Shown here: positions 59,888 to 64,000 of the stretch, piece after piece | Numbering within the stretch: the stretch's first letter is position 1 | Layout: each line of letters starts with the position of its first letter | Assembly (NCBI RefSeq): GCF_963921235.1 | Contig: NC_086108.1 | Span: 79,796,001 to 79,860,000 of the forward strand | Reading direction: 5' to 3' | Length of the DNA: 64,000 nt | DNA from: Mobula hypostoma | Taxonomy: Eukaryota | Program-made: the position numbers and the translations under genes | The notes under the pieces: model-generated | The model's input: the letters and a program-made list of their open reading frames with translations, nothing else | Databases searched by the model: none | What the model was told of the DNA's origin: nothing

Positions 59888-62350
59888 TGTTGCATATTTA
59901 TGTTGCAGTAAAATTTGAGTAATCTTGTAAATATATTGGGTGATTAAGTATCCTTGTTCATTTAAATAATTCATTAGGGGTTACATGTATAGGAGTTACA
60001 TGCATTAAATACATCATCATGCTGCCAAGTGATACGTGCGCATCTTGCTTAAAGTAAACTTGAAGTTAGGCTCACATTTCAGACTCCCATATCTTCATTT
60101 GAATTAGTTTAATGTGTTGAAGTTACAAAACATAACATTGGTGATAAAACGAACCTGAGACAGATATTGACCTGGTGAAATGCAGTAAGACACTCAGACT
60201 GAAAAAAGTGCAGCAAGGAATGTTGAGTGAAAACCACAGCCCAGCACATGCAGACTGCGGAGTTTTAAAAAAGGTAGTCAACTAAAGAATTCACGGGTTC
60301 ATAATCAGTGAGTAATGGGTGATAATAAGCATGAAAAACAGCAGGAATGGGTGGCTACATCAGAAAGATAGACACGTTTGAGTACACAACGGCTACCAGG
60401 ATTTTATATACAGAGCAAATTGAACAGTATTTTGAAGTAAATGAAATAGCAGTTATAGCCAACAAGTACCAATTTTGCTAAGAGTTTAAAGGCATACAGT
60501 TTGCTTGAAGGTTGACTGCTCCAACCAAACTAGCAAAAATGAGCTTCGCTGATATTGTCAAAGTAATACAGAAACACTTAGAATCAAAGCCATTATTGAT
60601 TGCAGAACGCTTTAGGTTTTGTAAGTTGAATCAAAAAGGAAGGGGAGTCTATTTCAGCTTATGTGACTGAACTGGTCTGAGCATTGTCAGTTTGGTAATC
60701 GTCTTAATGATGCGCTGAGAGATCATTTAGTTTGTGGAATCTTGCTAGAACGCATTCAAAAATGGCTCCTAAGTGAAGCACAACTTGCTTTTAAAAGAAG
60801 AGTTGAAATTGCTGTATCAATGGAAACAACAGATGGAGGCGCAATTGAATTGCAGTCGGGAATGAAAGTGAACGTGAACAAGATTGCAGTGTCTAAACAG
60901 AAACTGGCTGGGCTAAACAAATTGTGTTACTGTTACTGCAGGGACTCACATACACCAGACCAATGCAGATTTAAGGGTGAAACTTGCAGAAAATGCTGCG
61001 AAGTAAGACATATACAAGGAATGTGTTGGGCTAACAAAAATACACAGTCTGAACAGAGAAGAGAAAAGGCTAAAAAGCAAAGCTGCGGTTTCAAAAAGAG
61101 CACTAATCTGGATGTTGTGAATAAAAAATCTGAAACAAAGGAGAGTGCCACGGGGATATGTAGCCTTGAGATTTACAACGTAAATCTCAAAACAATTAAA
61201 ATGGAATGAGACACCTGTTCAGCTGTTTCAGTTCTCCTATGGGAATGACATTAGTAACAGTGAAATACAATAACCAACAATCCACATTGGGCTTGTATGT
61301 GGTAAAAACCTGAGTGTCAGCATTGCGGGGACGTGATTGGCTGAGACAACTGCAACATGATTGGAGATCCATTCACAACTTGCGAGCCACATCCTCTGCA
61401 ATGAAGCTACCTGAAAGTGAATTAAGAAAAGTGCTGGATGATGCCACAACAGTGTTCGAGAATGGCAAGGAAAACTCAAACATATCAAGGGTAAAATAGT
61501 GTTAAATAAAAATGCGCACCCAAGTTTTGGAAAACTCATTTAGTTCCTTATACCATCTGTGATAAAGTAGCCAGTGAGCTAGTTCACATAGAGGCTTCAG
61601 GAACTCCTTGCAAGGTTGAGTAGAGCCCATGGGCAATGGCAATGGTCTCAGTAGCCAAGAGGATGTATACGTCAGGATCTGTGGAGATTTTAAGGTCATA
61701 TCAACCCAGTACTGGAAGTAGATCAATACATTCTGTTCAGGATAGAGGATAACTTAAAAGAAAACTTTCTGGTGGAAAACTCTTCAGCAAAGTGGACTTA
61801 GCTGAAGTCAACTTGCAGATGGAGTTGGAGAGTCCAATGTGTTTCTCACCATAAATACTTACAAAGGGCTTTGTCACTATAATAGGCTACATCTGCACTC
61901 TGGCACAAAGCTACGTTTCAAGTGCTGCAAGGTTGCCCGGGCACCTGGTGTCACCTGGATGACATCATTGTACCGGTAAGCATGACAAGGAACATCTCCA
62001 AAACCTCAAGACAGTGTTAAGAAGATTAGAAGATTATGGGCTCAGAGTATGACAGGATGTGTATGAACTCTTTAAACCAAGCATCACTTACTGTGGTCAC
62101 ATGATTGACACACAAGGATTAAACTAGTGTGCTGAGAAAATTCAAGCAGCGCGAATGCCCCAAGGCCAAAGGACATGTCACAGCTGTGGTCTTTTCTAGA
62201 ATTTGTCAACTATTATTACAGGTTCCTGCCAAACCTGTCTATTGTGGTCCACTTCTTGAACTCATTACTGCAGATTGGGAAGAAACAGCAATAGACAAAG
62301 CGGTGTGAACTGGCTTTCCGAAATGTGAGGGAAATGGTGACATCAGACAT
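59888..62350 (+). mobile_element. Second Gypsy copy of the same family (5' LTR, PBS, gag, decayed pol RT)
   Basis: LTR 59888-60137, PBS tggtgata, gag from 60347, ORF 60742-61209 with CYCY..SHTPDQCRFKGETCRKC knuckle, RT motifs VRICGDFK, FSKVDL, HLDDII. Confidence 0.9.
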
Positions 62351-62675
62351 ATTAATAATCACAGAAAAATTTAACTAACTTAAATTAAATGGTTGGGAAA
62401 TAGATAAAGGAAATAGGGAAAAGAATAACATATTCAAAACTCATACCTAACTGAATGTAGAAAAAAAATGCAACGGGGAGGATTCACTACAGGATTGTAC
62501 AAGGAATGAATAGATAAGAGAAGCAAAAGTAGAGATGCACTCACTCAGGGAACAGCGTCCAAAATACCATAAGCACTTAAAAATCAGAGTAACAAATTGG
62601 AAAGATGCTTACATGAAGATTGAAGAACGAGGGTGCTGTGAAACATAGTTCATAACTAATTTAAGAAGGGAAATA

Positions 62676-62972
62676 CACTCAGTGGCCACTTGATTAGGTA
62701 CACCAGTACATCTGCTCTTTAATGCAAATATCTAATCAGCCAAATTTGTAGTAGCAACTCAACTGTCGTTCAGACCGAGCATCAGAATGGGAAAGAAATG
62801 TGATTGAAAGGACTTTGACCGTGGAATAATTGTTGGCGCCAGATGGGGTGCTTTGAGTATCTCAGAAGCTGTTGATCTCCAGGGATTTTCATACCATCTC
62901 TAGAGTTTAAAAACAATGGTACAAGAAAAAAACAAAAAAAATTCATACAGTGAGCAGTAGTTCTGCCGGCAG
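62676..62972 (+). mobile_element. Non-autonomous Tc1/mariner-derived element, truncated
   Basis: TA|cactcagtggccacttgattaggtacac; atgggaaagaaatgtgat. Confidence 0.8.
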
Positions 62973-62994
62973 AGCAGTGTTTAAAGTAGGCATT

Positions 62995-63855
62995 GGAAAA
63001 TTGTCAGAGGTTACTGCGGGACATCGATAGGATACAAAACTGGGCTGAAAAGTAGCAGATGGAGTTTAACCCAGATAAGTGTGAGGTGGTTCATGTTGGT
63101 AGGTCAAATATGATGGCAGAATATAGTATTAATGGTAAGACTCTTGGCAGAGGGATCTTGGGGTCTGAGTCCATAGGACATTCAAAGCTGCTGTGCAGGT
63201 TGACTCTGTGGTTAAGAAGGCATACGGTGCATTAGCTTCCATCATCTGTGGAATTGAGTTTAAGAGCTGAGAGGTAATGTTGCAGCTATAGAGGACCCTG
63301 GTCAGACCCCACTTGGAGTACTGTGCTCAGTTCTGGTCACTCACTACAGGAGGGTTGTAGAAACTATAGAAAGGGTGCAGAGGAGACTTACAAAGATGTT
63401 GCCTGGATTGGGGAGCATGCCTTATGAGAATAGGTTGAGTGAACTCGGCCTTTTCTCCTTGGAGTGGCAGAGGATGAGAGGTAACCTGATAGAGATGTAT
63501 AAGGTGATGAGAGGCATTGATCGTGTGGATAGTCAGAGGCTTTTTCCCAGGGCTGAGATGGCCAGCATGAGAGGGCACAGTTTTAAGGTGCTTGGAAGTA
63601 GGTACAGAGGAGATGTCAGGGGTAAGTTTTTTTATGCAGAGAGTGATGAGTGTATGGAATAGGCTGCTGGCGACGGTGGTGGAGGTGGATATGATAGGGT
63701 CTTTTAAGAGACTCCTGGATAGGTACAAGGAGAGTAGAAAAATAGAGGGCTATGGGTAAGCCTAGGTAATTTCTAAAGTAAGTACATGTTCTGCACAGCA
63801 TTGTGAGCCGAAAGGCCTGTATTATGCTGTAGGTTTTCTATGTTTCTATGTTTCT
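62995..63855 (+). mobile_element. 5'-truncated CR1 LINE
   Basis: ORF 63375-63662 (QRRLTKMLPGL...RGHSFKV); (tttctatg)n tail. Confidence 0.92.
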
Positions 63856-64000
63856 AACTCAGACATATCAAGGGTAAAAGAGTGTTAGATGAAAATACCA
63901 CACACAAGTTTTCAAACCCTGTCTGGTTCCTTATACCATCCTTGATAAAGTAGCCAGTGATCGAGATCTCATGGAGGATGGAGGAGTTCATTCCAAGGTT
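63856..64000 (+). mobile_element. Gypsy pol fragment (continues beyond window)
   Basis: Homologous to 61473-61617 (aactca.acatatcaagggtaaaa...ttccttataccatc..gataaagtagccagtga). Confidence 0.8.

Noticed and set aside
62350..62670. Second captured host gene inside a Gypsy copy
   Set aside because: Translation (IREAK...PKYHKHLKIRVT) fits a very old CR1 ORF2 linker region better.
1..64000. CRISPR array, operon or prokaryotic defence system
   Set aside because: Vertebrate repeat landscape; no regularly spaced repeat-spacer array or bacterial gene organisation.

Overview
Eukaryotic, repeat-saturated, apparently intronic or intergenic DNA. The repeat content (dominant CR1 LINEs, V-domain/HE1-type SINEs, Deu-domain SINEs, Rex1/Babar-like LINEs, Penelope-like elements) points to a cartilaginous fish, probably a ray or shark; this is inference. 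I found no intact host gene. Nearly all ORFs in the track are transposon remnants or their antisense shadows. Highlights: (1) An old Gypsy LTR provirus (28865-32411; two LTRs, PBS, PPT, 5-bp TSD, splitting a Rex1-like LINE) whose pol region is largely replaced by an intronless, decayed copy of the host splicing factor RBM25 (~31335-32005). This looks like LTR-mediated capture of a cellular mRNA. (2) A Penelope-like family carrying minimal hammerhead ribozymes, seen as a decayed coding copy, as TSD-flanked inverted-terminal-repeat hairpin insertions with intact ribozyme cores, and as a 27-bp tail-only insertion with a perfect 13-bp TSD. (3) Deeply nested insertions with readable TSDs, solo LTRs, a full-length Tc1 with a catalytic D-to-E change, and a young CR1 with an open RT frame. 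Family assignments come from motif recognition by eye, and boundaries of old fragments are approximate.
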